Made by a program: the position numbers and the translations under genes
Shown here: in pieces, positions 19,601 through 29,900 of the stretch
Numbering within the stretch: position 1 is the first letter of the stretch
How the letters are laid out: the number at the start of each line of letters is the position of its first letter
Notes under the pieces: model-generated
What the model was told of the DNA's origin: nothing
Database searches by the model: none
The model's input: only the letters and a program-made list of their open reading frames with translations
IMG/VR virus record: IMGVR_UViG_3300042868_006184
Coordinates: 1-63,287 of that record
Strand: one strand, 5' to 3'
From: a virus
Lineage: Duplodnaviria > Caudoviricetes
DNA: 63,287 nucleotides

Positions 19601-20222
19601 CTTTGAATTTTATACGCCAACCGAAATCATTGAACGTATGTGGGGATTAGCTTACAAATATGGATATGATAATGGTTCTGTTTTAGAAACTTCAGTTGGA
19701 ACAGGTGAGTTTTTTAGATATGCACCGAAAGATGCAAGATTAGTAGGTTATGAAATAAGCGAATATTCGGGCAAAATTTGTAAAATACTTTATCCAACAG
19801 CAGAAATAAACATACAGCCTTTTGAGAAAACATTTATCAAAAACAATTATACTATAAAAGGTAGATTAGACGATTTGGAGAAGTTTAGCCTAGTAATTGG
19901 CAATCCTCCTTATGGTGATTTTTCAAAAGTAGAAAGCCGTTATATGTCTGGTATGGGTGAAAAGGATTATACACACGCAAGAAATTATGTCGAATATTTC
20001 ATAAGAAGAGGTATGGACTTATTGGAATCGGGAGGTTTGTTAGTTTTTATCGTTGGAGCAAGTTTACAAAATGGAGGCACAATGTTCTTAGATTCTGGTA
20101 TGTCACCAGTAAAAAAATGGCTTTCTGAAAATTGCACTTTAGAAACAGCATATAGATTACCCGATTCAGTATTTGAAAGAACAGGAGTTACGGCAGACAT
20201 CATTGTATTAAAGAAAAACTAA
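16614..20222 (+). CDS. Polyvalent protein with C-terminal DarB-type N6-adenine methyltransferase
   Basis: N-terminal LTNNNANISR...RVQLLF..AFQR domain; C-terminal YSGYGGL, EFYTP, LETSVGTGEF, IGNPPYG. Confidence 0.8.
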   Translation: MTPNDEYQKAKYNLEEAEKLQERMKTVNAIIRSKKNVTERLISEAGLSESNAMQIQEKDFAGRVGFSTYKLTNNNANISRLRERVNMLSDKLESAEKGNETYTFSEIGGGGTIEINYDIDRVQLLFPNGRVDNEVYKLLRKNGYVYSPTNKAFQRKITPQAISNAIYLTKATRGEVAEQRDVSLSNLTDADRQNMLENKKFSYVTGSLYNALPPSFKEYTGAKTFELVYFSTNRENVKDAIKRYFKENMPIVDIEKMTINVYTQTYIRESKLLYKRGDFMPSNTEPNVLLRLKNEINSYQNMSDRVDKEEPKAETPFFTEIGSDGYDSRVDNNEMDYDAEEEVLKDLQKYSSPKKYNSEIEVGQRYYDNRYADYYTIEKMTEVISGGDVNATLKYDKGATRTESGDFILYHIDAKQHSLSKEEPKETIETIEPNSSDEFDEIIMANIDPKDDWIGNLVKERDVKQQIYKQLSGDEQEKEAETNRIFYLYAEKNKNNRELHEMNNKNFEEIKRLKKEIANGERLMSNINFSGDVTNEINRWKKQLAELEGKENSNSGKIPAKLITLQIRDDRTTQQKYTDYDYDGANDKMRWILDNKKFSDLNYNIQFEDGETLSGVIDCEPREFFDGVSNPLTRHLNTFWGNVAKGKGAFIGAEETQQAKDLIEKYDLGEVKVGASQIEPKAKELVKLPQSIINLIDYLNKEDDAKKKAERWNEQRGLLLPKLGRTLWQIVMNVPYIEVQRSGDESRVHFSGNDLLRAIDKVYKENDVEFDQYDYGTTSEQPKAKESKPFGLTTIEYLDSGKTVTWGTKTRRGRETVIGKSNSDINEEIESLKEYIVIGEIELKKAQEQYDKVKGMGSPTMYKNVADALSHLKMIERTLYVNKNILLPFFEKNIGEGEEKSDYQKELDRQVNEGEIEDDSQGISLYHLAKNIEETTNNQFKGIHHNYKNQYVLNKAIEELLMTKDNNYSSEEKVFIRKYSGYGGLDKYGKGGKGSFFEFYTPTEIIERMWGLAYKYGYDNGSVLETSVGTGEFFRYAPKDARLVGYEISEYSGKICKILYPTAEINIQPFEKTFIKNNYTIKGRLDDLEKFSLVIGNPPYGDFSKVESRYMSGMGEKDYTHARNYVEYFIRRGMDLLESGGLLVFIVGASLQNGGTMFLDSGMSPVKKWLSENCTLETAYRLPDSVFERTGVTADIIVLKKN

Positions 20223-20234
20223 ATAAAAAACATC

Positions 20235-20468
20235 ATGGAAAAAATTAAAATTTTAATTGAACAAGTAAGGCAATCAGCAGAAAAAGAACTTGAATTTTGC
20301 AATGTAATTGATACTCCTAATGTTTGTGCTATCATACATAGTAGCGAAACAAACAAGAAAAAAGTAATTGATTTAATTGTTCAATATGTAGGTAAAAATG
20401 GTATGTCTATTGGAGAAGCTATAAACTATATCGAAAGGGATAATAACCCTAATTCAAACAACTATTAA
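20235..20468 (+). CDS. Hypothetical protein
   Basis: 77-aa ORF between the MTase and helicase genes. Confidence 0.6.
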   Translation: MEKIKILIEQVRQSAEKELEFCNVIDTPNVCAIIHSSETNKKKVIDLIVQYVGKNGMSIGEAINYIERDNNPNSNNY

Positions 20469-20469
20469 A

Positions 20470-23400
20470 ATGACTGAACAAATTAATCAAAAATACCCAA
20501 TAGGGTATAGGTCTAGCTTTCTTAAAACTCCTATTGCTTATGGTAAAAACATAACATTAGAGATGCCTAATAATGAAAAGTACAAAGGGCAATTTGTAGT
20601 TGTTGAACTAGATAATATTTTAGCTAGTCATAATGAGCGTAGTTATTCAACAACAGAGGGGTATCCGCTTGATGCAAATGGCGAAAATGTTAATGATAGA
20701 AACTATCAAGGAGATAAAGCTAGTCAAAATGCAATATCTAATATTGCACAAAATTTATCGCCAAGCAGATTAATTACAACAAGTCGTACTCCTTCTGGTA
20801 CGCCAATTATTTCAGTCGATGGAATAGTCGTAAGTGGCAACAATAGGGTAATGAGTATTAAACTTGCAGTAGTTGATTTTCCTAATGGATATAAAGAATA
20901 TTGTGATTTCCTTAAAGAAGAAATAGATGCTTTTGGCTTTGAAAACATGACAAGTTATAATGGGGAATATACAGTTACAAATAGAGATAATGTAACCATA
21001 AAATTCAATCATCCTGTACTTGTTCGTATAAACTATGATTTTCCTGCATACAACACGTTAGAGTTATCAAAATATAATAAAGATAATAAGAAGTCGGAAC
21101 GTCCAATCGACAAAGCACTTAAATTAGGTAAAATATTAGAAAGTTCAAAAACTTGTACAACTATTATTTCTGACATCGTTGGTAGATATGAAACATTCAG
21201 CGAGTTTTATGCTAATAGAAATGACCAAAACGAAATAAAAAATACTTTGGTAGATTGCAATATACTTACTAAACAAGAATTACCATCATATTATACCGAA
21301 CTAGGATTTACAGAACAGGGCAAAGAATTGATAGAAAATTTACTAGCAGGATTGGTTCTTTCAAAAGATGCACTAATAACATCAAATGAAGGAGGTGCAA
21401 GGAAATTTAGACAAACAATAATTACGAGTTTGCCAATATTAACGGCAAACAAATCTTTGCCAGAAAATAGCCTTAATGATGCTTTAAACGAGGCTTTAAT
21501 TATGGAAGGTGCAATGAGTTCAAACAACATACCTTTTATTGACTATGTAGGGCAAATTGATATGTTTGGAGTAGTTATAAGTGAAGAGGGTAAGTTCTTA
21601 AATAGACTTCTTGCTTCTGGTAGAAACAACTTTAAACGCTCAATAGAAGCATATAATCAAAGTGTTTTAGATAATCAAGGAGAAAGCCTTTTTGGAGAAA
21701 AACCATCAAAAGAAGAGATATTTACAGTTCATATAAAAAATAAGATAGATAAAGAAGATAGATTATTGATAGAAAATTCAGTCAAAAAATTAAAACAAAA
21801 TAACGTAATGGACAAAGAACCAAGCATTATAACATCAAAAGAAAGCCTAAAAACAAACCCATTTACTAATGGAAACTTTTTTGCTTCAAATCCAGATAAT
21901 ATATTAGCAGAAACAAAAGAATCTGTCGATAGGTGGAAAAAGCCAATTATTACATATAAAGGAACTATTGCCAATGTTCAAAGAATAGATGTACCACTAA
22001 CACAAATTGTTTTTACACCAGAAACAACAAATCCAATAGTAAGCATTGTTGAAGAATCCGTAGAGGAAGCAACGGACACTAATACGCAAGTAATTGAGAA
22101 TTTAGGTAATGCAAAAAAAGGAAGCGATAAAGAAGTTCAAAAAAAGACTGTAAGAAAAGCAAAAGCAAAAAAAGAAAAGAATGCAGTAGCAGTAGAAGAA
22201 TTGATAGACGAATATAGCGTAAGAGAAGTTTACGATATGCTTAATCCAGAAGTATCTATTGAAGAATTGCGTGTATTTATGTGGTGGAAAAACAAAAGTG
22301 GCTCACCTATATTAAGCAAGGAATGGCTTTCATTAACCGAAATGACAGAAAATGAATTATATAATGATAGCGATTTAGTTTATAGTTGGATTGAACAAGG
22401 TTTGTTATATTATTTTGATGGAGAACTTTTACCTGCATATCTTTATTTAGCAGAAAATATTTATGATAAAAAGAATAGACTTCAAGTGGTAGAAGTTAAA
22501 TCAGAAGATGGTGAAGAAACTACTTCTCGTTCTGGTGCTGATGCTGATTACATAATAAGAAAGTATGGTCAAAAAGTTTACGACAACCAATTAAAAGCGT
22601 TAGAAGATGTATTTAAGGTTAAATACAATAATAGGTTATTAATTAAAGGTGAAAAAACAAAAGATGGAGAGGAATTGATTATTAATCCTGTATCTAAGTT
22701 TGCAAAAGAATTTATGATAAAATCTCTTGTAGAGGGAAATCCTTTTATGTGGAAAAGAATTACAGCAGGAGGAAATAAAAGATATGGCAAACCCGATTTT
22801 TTAGAAATTAAATATGACAAAAATGATAAGCACCTATTTAAAGAATTAAGTTTGACAGATGCCTTTTGTTATTGGTTACGAACTGACGATACTATCCAAT
22901 ATAAAAGAGGAATGAACTATGCAGATATTATTAGAATTTACATTCAGTCTGGAAACCAACCAAGCACTTCTGCTGTAAAGGTGGAAGGTGTATATTCGCC
23001 TATTCAAATGGCTATAAAAAAGAAAGAAACTGCCGAATGGGAAAGATTAAAAAGTAGAGCAAAAGAAGAAGGTGATAGATTATTTTTGGTGTTTTTAGAT
23101 AAGCAATTAACATTAAATGATAAAGTTGCTATTGAAACTAAATGGAATAGAGTATTTAATGGCTATGTAAAGATAAATTATAATAAAGTACCTGTTGCTT
23201 TCCCATGTAATAAATACGATATGGGCAAACCAATGGAAATTAAACCAGAAAAACGTGAAGCGGTTGCATTTACTTTTAGCGAAGGAAGTGGATTGTTGGC
23301 TTATGATGTAGGAGTAGGTAAAACGCCATCTGCAATATTTACAATTTGTCAATTCTTAGAAACAAAAAAATGTCTTAGACCATTGCTAATTGTTCCAAAT

Positions 23401-26400
23401 CAAACATACAAACAATGGATTGCTGAATTTAAGAAATTTGCAAACCATGTTAGAATAAATGAATTTTATAATTTATCAACAGGTTATTTTGAAGATTGGC
23501 AAGACGTGAATGGCGTTACTAAAATGGTTGCCGAAGGTTCAGTTTCAATTATGACTTATGAGGGGATGCTAAAAATAGGATTCAATGACGATACGGTAAC
23601 TAGAATAAAGCCACAAATATCTGATATTTTAAAACAACAGACAAAATCTGATGATTCTAATAAAAAACAAGATGCAAACGCAGAAAAATTAGAAAGCAAG
23701 ATTGAAGAAATGATTGGCAAATTACTTGCTAAAACGACTACAAATATTGAAGATTTAGGGTTTGACTTTTTATTGTTTGACGAAGCACACGCTTGTAAAA
23801 AAGTATTTACTAATGTGGCAGGTGAAAAAGAAGAAAATTTAGGCAACTCTGGTAAAGAAACAAAAGCTATTGTAAAATATAAAATTCAAAGTGGAGAACC
23901 ATCTAGTAGAGGTGTTAAAGCATTTATGCTTTGCCAATATATACAGACAACATTTAAAGGCAATACGCTACTTTTAACAGCAACACCGTTTACAAATAGT
24001 CCCTTAGAGGTTTATTCAATGTTGGCTATGATAGGATATAATAAACTAAAAACGCTTGGATTAGACAATTTAAACGTGTTTTTCGATACTTATGTTGCTA
24101 CATCATACGAAATGATTATTAACTCTAAATTAAAGCCAGAACGTAGACAGGTTATTCTTGGTTTTAATAATTTAGTATCTCTTCAGACATTGATTCGTAG
24201 ATTTATGAACTATAAAACTGGTGAAGAGGTAAAAGTACCACGTCCAAATAAGATAGTGTTACCATTAAAAACTAAATTAGTCGATGGCTTATTGATTAAT
24301 TTGCCAGAAGACGAACAAGTTAATACCATTTTGCCATTATCTCCTCTACAATCACAATTTATGAATGATGTTATGGAATATGCAAACGGGAATATTAGCG
24401 AAGAAGAAATGTGTAGTGGAGGTGGGTTATTTGAAGAAACGGATGGAGATACAGCTAGAGCAGAAGGTATTGAGATTGACGAAGATTCAATGACTAATGA
24501 AGAAAGGGTTGGTGTAAGATTATTAAAAGCAATGGCTCATGGTAGAAATCTTGCATTAAGTCCTTACATATTTAAGTGTTCAGGATTAGGTAGACCGACA
24601 GCACAACAATACATAGAAACATCAAATAAGTTAAGTTATGTGATGGAATGTATAAAAACAATAAAAGAATATCATAAAAAAGAAGGTACTCCTATGTCTG
24701 GAGTAGTTATTTATATGGATAGAGGAGTTGAATATTTTAATTTGATTAGAGAATATTTAATAACAAATGTTGGTTTTGAAAAACATGAAGTTGGTGTAAT
24801 ATCTGCAAAATTAATAACTCCTGTTCCCTCTGGAATACCAAAAGATGAACAAAAAGAGTATGTAAAAAATCTATTTTTAGGTGAGAGATTTAACGAATCA
24901 ACATTAGAAATGGAAAAACTTTCGGATGATGAAAGATGCAAAATTTTAATTGGCTCTTCTACTATTAAAGAAGGTATTAACCTGCAAAAACATTCATCAA
25001 CATTGTTTAATTGTTGGATAGATTGGAATCCAACAGACATACAGCAGTTAGAGGGAAGGATATATCGTCAAGGAAATAAATTTAATACAGTAAGAATAGT
25101 CAATCCATTAATGATTAATAGCATAGATATTTTTATGTTCCAAAAATTAGAGGAGAAAACAAATCGTATAAACGATATATGGTCAAATGAAGGTAAAACA
25201 AACGTACTTCATACAGAAGAGTTTAATCCAAAAGACTTAAAATATTCGCTAATTAAGGATGCTTATATTCTTGCCGAAATGGAATTGTTGGAAATAGCAG
25301 AAACTATAAATGAAGATATTGTTGATGCAGAAAACAAGATTAAAAGGAATGAAAGGATTAAATCTTATGACTATACATTAAAACTTAGAGAAAAAGATTT
25401 AGAAAAAAGAGTTGAGATGTATAGACCATTGGCAGAAGGTCAACCCAAAAGAAGCATTGAAACATTGATAAGATTATATCAAGATGTTTTAAGAAATCAA
25501 ATGGATGGTCAAGGCAAAAAAATGGAAACAGAATGGAGGCAAGATAAAAAGAAAAGGGAGGAAGGATATTATTCTAATTTTGAACCAGAACATAAGCAAT
25601 TTTGGTTTGACGATTTTAATTATGCTAATCGTGGAATGGTTCACGAAACAAGGAACTACTTAATACCAAACGGAATTACTATTGAAACACTTGACGATTA
25701 TACCAAAAAAATAGAGAATGACATTATAAAGTTAAAAGAACAAAAACAATTGCTTTCTTCTGAAGATGCCATCAAAATTAAGGCGAATCAAATTAATGAT
25801 GAAAGAGTAGCAAATAACATAGTTGAAAGAACATTACCAGAAGTTGTAAATGATTTCACAAAATTAAATTATTTGCTTAGTGATACTAAGATTACAGCAA
25901 CAGACAAATCAATAGAAGTGCCTACAATACAATGCCCTCCTTTAGATGGCGAAGGTAAGGTAAGAATAGACGAAGAAGGGTTGGTTTTGCTTGGTAGATG
26001 TATAGATAATGATGCAGATACAAAAAGACTACATACTAACGAGGCAGGTGAATACACAGAAGAGAGAATGAAATTACATGAATACATCATTCATGACATG
26101 ACTTCAAAAACAATATGTATTCCACAAGAAAAAGGTCACCCAATAGCTGTTTTAATGGGAGGTGCGCCAGGAAGTGGTAAGTCTACATACATTAAGAAAA
26201 ATGCAAAATATTTAGAAAGCGACAAGATATGGAAGGTCGATGCAGATGCAGTAAGAGAATACCTACCAGAATATGAAGGTTGGAATAGTCCATCAACACA
26301 TCAAGAATCGAGGGATATTGTTAACGAACTTATTAGCACTTTTGACAAACCATGTAAGCATGACTTGTTGTATGATGGCACTATGAGTAATTCATCAAAA

Positions 26401-26880
26401 TACATATCTTTAATTAAGGAATTAAAGAGGATTGGATATTTGGTATTTATTATCTATATGGATGTGCCAAAAGAGGTGAGCATTCAAAGAGCAATGAATA
26501 GATATAGAAATTATAGTGGTGGCAAGATTAAATATGGTCGTTATGTGCCTATGTCAGTTATTGACGATTTCTACAAAACAGGTAAAGAAGGGTTGGATGA
26601 GATAAAAAAATCAGTAGATGGATATGTTGTTGTTGATTCATTAACTGAAAAGATTATCGAAAAAGGAGGTATTCCATTACCTAAAGATAGATATTACGAA
26701 AATATGGTTAATGATAGTCCTAAAACTGAATACAAAGAAGAATCAATATCAGATGATAAACGAAGGGTACTTGAAGCTATTGAAACTATTGAGGGATTGT
26801 TGGGTATTGTTGATGGAAAAGATTTGATTAAACTCCAAAAAAGAAAAAGCAGTTTAGAAGAATTAGTTGACATATTATAA
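20470..26880 (+). CDS. Polyvalent protein: ddrB/ParB-like domain, SNF2 helicase and zeta-toxin-like P-loop kinase
   Basis: GTPII..DGIVVSGNNR; YDVGVGKT, DEAH, LTATP, EGINLQ, QLEGRIYRQGN; GGAPGSGKS..DAD..YDGT. Confidence 0.85.
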   Translation: MTEQINQKYPIGYRSSFLKTPIAYGKNITLEMPNNEKYKGQFVVVELDNILASHNERSYSTTEGYPLDANGENVNDRNYQGDKASQNAISNIAQNLSPSRLITTSRTPSGTPIISVDGIVVSGNNRVMSIKLAVVDFPNGYKEYCDFLKEEIDAFGFENMTSYNGEYTVTNRDNVTIKFNHPVLVRINYDFPAYNTLELSKYNKDNKKSERPIDKALKLGKILESSKTCTTIISDIVGRYETFSEFYANRNDQNEIKNTLVDCNILTKQELPSYYTELGFTEQGKELIENLLAGLVLSKDALITSNEGGARKFRQTIITSLPILTANKSLPENSLNDALNEALIMEGAMSSNNIPFIDYVGQIDMFGVVISEEGKFLNRLLASGRNNFKRSIEAYNQSVLDNQGESLFGEKPSKEEIFTVHIKNKIDKEDRLLIENSVKKLKQNNVMDKEPSIITSKESLKTNPFTNGNFFASNPDNILAETKESVDRWKKPIITYKGTIANVQRIDVPLTQIVFTPETTNPIVSIVEESVEEATDTNTQVIENLGNAKKGSDKEVQKKTVRKAKAKKEKNAVAVEELIDEYSVREVYDMLNPEVSIEELRVFMWWKNKSGSPILSKEWLSLTEMTENELYNDSDLVYSWIEQGLLYYFDGELLPAYLYLAENIYDKKNRLQVVEVKSEDGEETTSRSGADADYIIRKYGQKVYDNQLKALEDVFKVKYNNRLLIKGEKTKDGEELIINPVSKFAKEFMIKSLVEGNPFMWKRITAGGNKRYGKPDFLEIKYDKNDKHLFKELSLTDAFCYWLRTDDTIQYKRGMNYADIIRIYIQSGNQPSTSAVKVEGVYSPIQMAIKKKETAEWERLKSRAKEEGDRLFLVFLDKQLTLNDKVAIETKWNRVFNGYVKINYNKVPVAFPCNKYDMGKPMEIKPEKREAVAFTFSEGSGLLAYDVGVGKTPSAIFTICQFLETKKCLRPLLIVPNQTYKQWIAEFKKFANHVRINEFYNLSTGYFEDWQDVNGVTKMVAEGSVSIMTYEGMLKIGFNDDTVTRIKPQISDILKQQTKSDDSNKKQDANAEKLESKIEEMIGKLLAKTTTNIEDLGFDFLLFDEAHACKKVFTNVAGEKEENLGNSGKETKAIVKYKIQSGEPSSRGVKAFMLCQYIQTTFKGNTLLLTATPFTNSPLEVYSMLAMIGYNKLKTLGLDNLNVFFDTYVATSYEMIINSKLKPERRQVILGFNNLVSLQTLIRRFMNYKTGEEVKVPRPNKIVLPLKTKLVDGLLINLPEDEQVNTILPLSPLQSQFMNDVMEYANGNISEEEMCSGGGLFEETDGDTARAEGIEIDEDSMTNEERVGVRLLKAMAHGRNLALSPYIFKCSGLGRPTAQQYIETSNKLSYVMECIKTIKEYHKKEGTPMSGVVIYMDRGVEYFNLIREYLITNVGFEKHEVGVISAKLITPVPSGIPKDEQKEYVKNLFLGERFNESTLEMEKLSDDERCKILIGSSTIKEGINLQKHSSTLFNCWIDWNPTDIQQLEGRIYRQGNKFNTVRIVNPLMINSIDIFMFQKLEEKTNRINDIWSNEGKTNVLHTEEFNPKDLKYSLIKDAYILAEMELLEIAETINEDIVDAENKIKRNERIKSYDYTLKLREKDLEKRVEMYRPLAEGQPKRSIETLIRLYQDVLRNQMDGQGKKMETEWRQDKKKREEGYYSNFEPEHKQFWFDDFNYANRGMVHETRNYLIPNGITIETLDDYTKKIENDIIKLKEQKQLLSSEDAIKIKANQINDERVANNIVERTLPEVVNDFTKLNYLLSDTKITATDKSIEVPTIQCPPLDGEGKVRIDEEGLVLLGRCIDNDADTKRLHTNEAGEYTEERMKLHEYIIHDMTSKTICIPQEKGHPIAVLMGGAPGSGKSTYIKKNAKYLESDKIWKVDADAVREYLPEYEGWNSPSTHQESRDIVNELISTFDKPCKHDLLYDGTMSNSSKYISLIKELKRIGYLVFIIYMDVPKEVSIQRAMNRYRNYSGGKIKYGRYVPMSVIDDFYKTGKEGLDEIKKSVDGYVVVDSLTEKIIEKGGIPLPKDRYYENMVNDSPKTEYKEESISDDKRRVLEAIETIEGLLGIVDGKDLIKLQKRKSSLEELVDIL

Positions 26881-26955
26881 TATTTGTATAAAAACTATTT
26901 AAAAAACAAACAATTCGCAAATCTTTACTAAATTTGCGACAAAACAAAAAAATCA

Positions 26956-29900
26956 ATGAAAAATAACTACAATAAAAAAGCAAATGTAACAAATGACATG
27001 AGGGGTGAAGATTCCGATGACTATGGAACTTTTGAGATTTACAAAAATGGAGGTAATATTGAGGTTAAAGTTGTAAATAGCGACAAACAATATAATGAGA
27101 AACAATACGATTGGATTTTAGGTGATAAGGATAAGGATAGTGTTGCTAACGCAGACGATGTAAAACCTCTTGACAAAAATATAAAGGAGCGTATAGACGA
27201 ACCAACTATTACAACTGGAATAAAGAATTTAATATCATTAAAGAAATCTTTGGATAGCACAATGTATTCATTCATTGAAGACCTTAAAAATGTTGCTCCA
27301 AACAATAGCAAGATTTATGCTCGGACAAAAACACCTTATAGTGTACTTGATAAGTTAATCAAAAAGCGACTTTCAACTATTACAGATTTGATTGGAACAA
27401 CTATTGTTACAAATGATAAAAAGGAATTAGATGCTATAAAGAATTATGTTGAATCTGGTAAAATTGGTAAGGTTGTCGAGATGGAAGATATGTACGAAAA
27501 ACCAAAACAAGGTTATAGAGCGTATCATTTTTTGATTGAAAGAAATGGAATGACGATTGAATTGCAGGTAAAAACAAAACGTCAAAAAGCGTTAAACGAA
27601 TTAAGTCACGAACCATACAAATTAGGTAAATTAAATTCAACAGTAAACCTTAAAATGACAGAATTGGCAAATCGTGCTGATGAAGGTGATAAGAATGCTA
27701 TAAAAGAATATAATGACTTTATGAATCAACCAAATGTAGAGAAACTATTTTATGCAGATGGACAAATGATGGCTAAAGGAGGCACATTGACCAAATCACA
27801 ATTAAAGCACTTTAAAGAATGGATGGAAGATGGTAATGTTAGTAAAAACAACGATGGTACATATTCTACACAAGATGCTCAATTTAGTAACAAATTGAAA
27901 GACTTTAACGAACTTAAAAAGTATTTTAAAAGAGAATTTGCTATTGATGAATATGCTGATGGTGGTGGAGTAGATGATATTCAAAAGAAAATAGAGTACG
28001 CAAAAACGCTAAAAGTGGGTGACGAATTTAGCTATAAAGATTCTGGTAGATTACGACCAACAAAAGATATAGTTTACTATATATTTAATGATGACCCAAT
28101 TAATTTTATTGGCATCAAAGAAAGAGATGAAGACGATAGAAGCTATGTGGAAAAAGTCCAAACAATCAAAATATTTGTTCCAGAGAAAGATAGCGATACC
28201 AAAATGGCAAATGGTGGGAGCGTAAGTAAAAGAGGAGGTAATTTTAATGTAGGTGATAAAGTAATGGTTGACGATAGTGGTTACATCAAGTCTTTTCAAG
28301 GATTTGACTTATCGAAACCAGCTACTATTTTGACTAAAAATAAAGTAAAAACAAGTCAAGGTATTAAATATTCTTATAGTATTGAGTTGGCAGATGGCAG
28401 AAAACCATTTAATAATGCGATGGAAAATAAATTAACTTTAGCAGATACATATTATGCTAAAGGTGGCGAAGTAAATAATCCAAGTAAAAAAGAAATGCTT
28501 AATTATTTGAATATGTATTTTGATAATTATTCAGAATTAAGAACAATAGCTGTTGAAGAAGACAATATATTGACAAGAAAAATGTTAAATTCATTAGATG
28601 ACGAATTATTGGAATTGGCTTATGAAGATGCAAAATATGAAATAAAAGCAGATACACAATATGCTGATGGTGGTAAAATGGCAAAAGGTGGAGGAGTTAA
28701 AAAAAGAATAGTAGTTGTATGGGATGAGGGCTATGGCAAAGTTATTAACGATTTGTACAATCAATGGAATAACGTTAAAACTCAAGTGCAATATGACAAA
28801 TGGGTTAGTAAAGTTAAAGAAACCAAATTTGGTACTTATGGAAATATACCATTTGAAGAGGTTTTGGAAAAGTTTGATTTCGATAACGCACCTATCAATA
28901 GTTTCCATCTAAAAACCTTCAAAGTCGAACTTAAAAATGCTTTGAATAAATACGAAGATGGCGGTTTAATGGATTCACAACAAGGCATTGACTTGTTTGA
29001 AGACTACGAAAATATCCCAGCAAATGTTCAATCTATTTTAGATAACCATGAAGATGCTTTTATGGATGGTGATTACAAAGAATTGCAGAAAGCATTAACT
29101 CAATTAAAGAAAATAGGGTACACTTTTGAATATGACTTAGACGGTCAAGCATACGACTTACGTCCAATAGGAACTAAAGGTAAAAGTGAAATGGAAGAAT
29201 ATGAAGAGGGAACAGAAGCATTCAAACAAGGCGGTAATGTAGATAGTTCTGTAACAAAACTAAATAAATTGGGTATTAGAACTTCAGATGAATTTGGAGA
29301 TGAATTTAGGGATTTCCTTGACGATTTAGAAGAAAAAAATGATGGAGAATATATTGGTTATAGATTAGATTTACCAAATAATGAATTAACGCTCATACAA
29401 GAAAAAGCAACTAAAACAGTTTCAATATTAGACTATTCAGAATTTCCTAAAGATAAAACATGGAGAATAGAAAAACATTCAATTATACATTACAAAGAAG
29501 GCGGTTCAATGACAAACAAAAATCAAACAACAATGACACAAGAACACATAGACAAATTTGTACGAGGTGCAAATAGTACAGATGAAACAGCAAGAGAAAT
29601 TAGCACTAGAAAGCTAAAAGAAGCAGGACTTGACAAAAATGGTAAGCCTCTTGAAAGCAAACTATCAAAACCTAAAACTTCAAAAAAAGTAAAAGTAACT
29701 CCAATGGAAAAATTGGATAAAGAAACAAAAACCTCTATGGAGGATTATTTTGATAAATCAAAAGAAGATGCAGAAGATGATGAAGGCAAGACTTTAATAA
29801 GTTACGATGAATTTAACAAAATGTGGAATACTATGCCACATGATACATTTCTTTTTTGGGTAGGTTGGGACACATATAGCTATAACGAGTTTGAAGTAAT

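Noticed and set aside
26915-26939. TCGCAAAT-N9-ATTTGCGA inverted repeat over a -7 promoter element
   Set aside because: Single occurrence, half explained by the promoter consensus; too weak to call an operator
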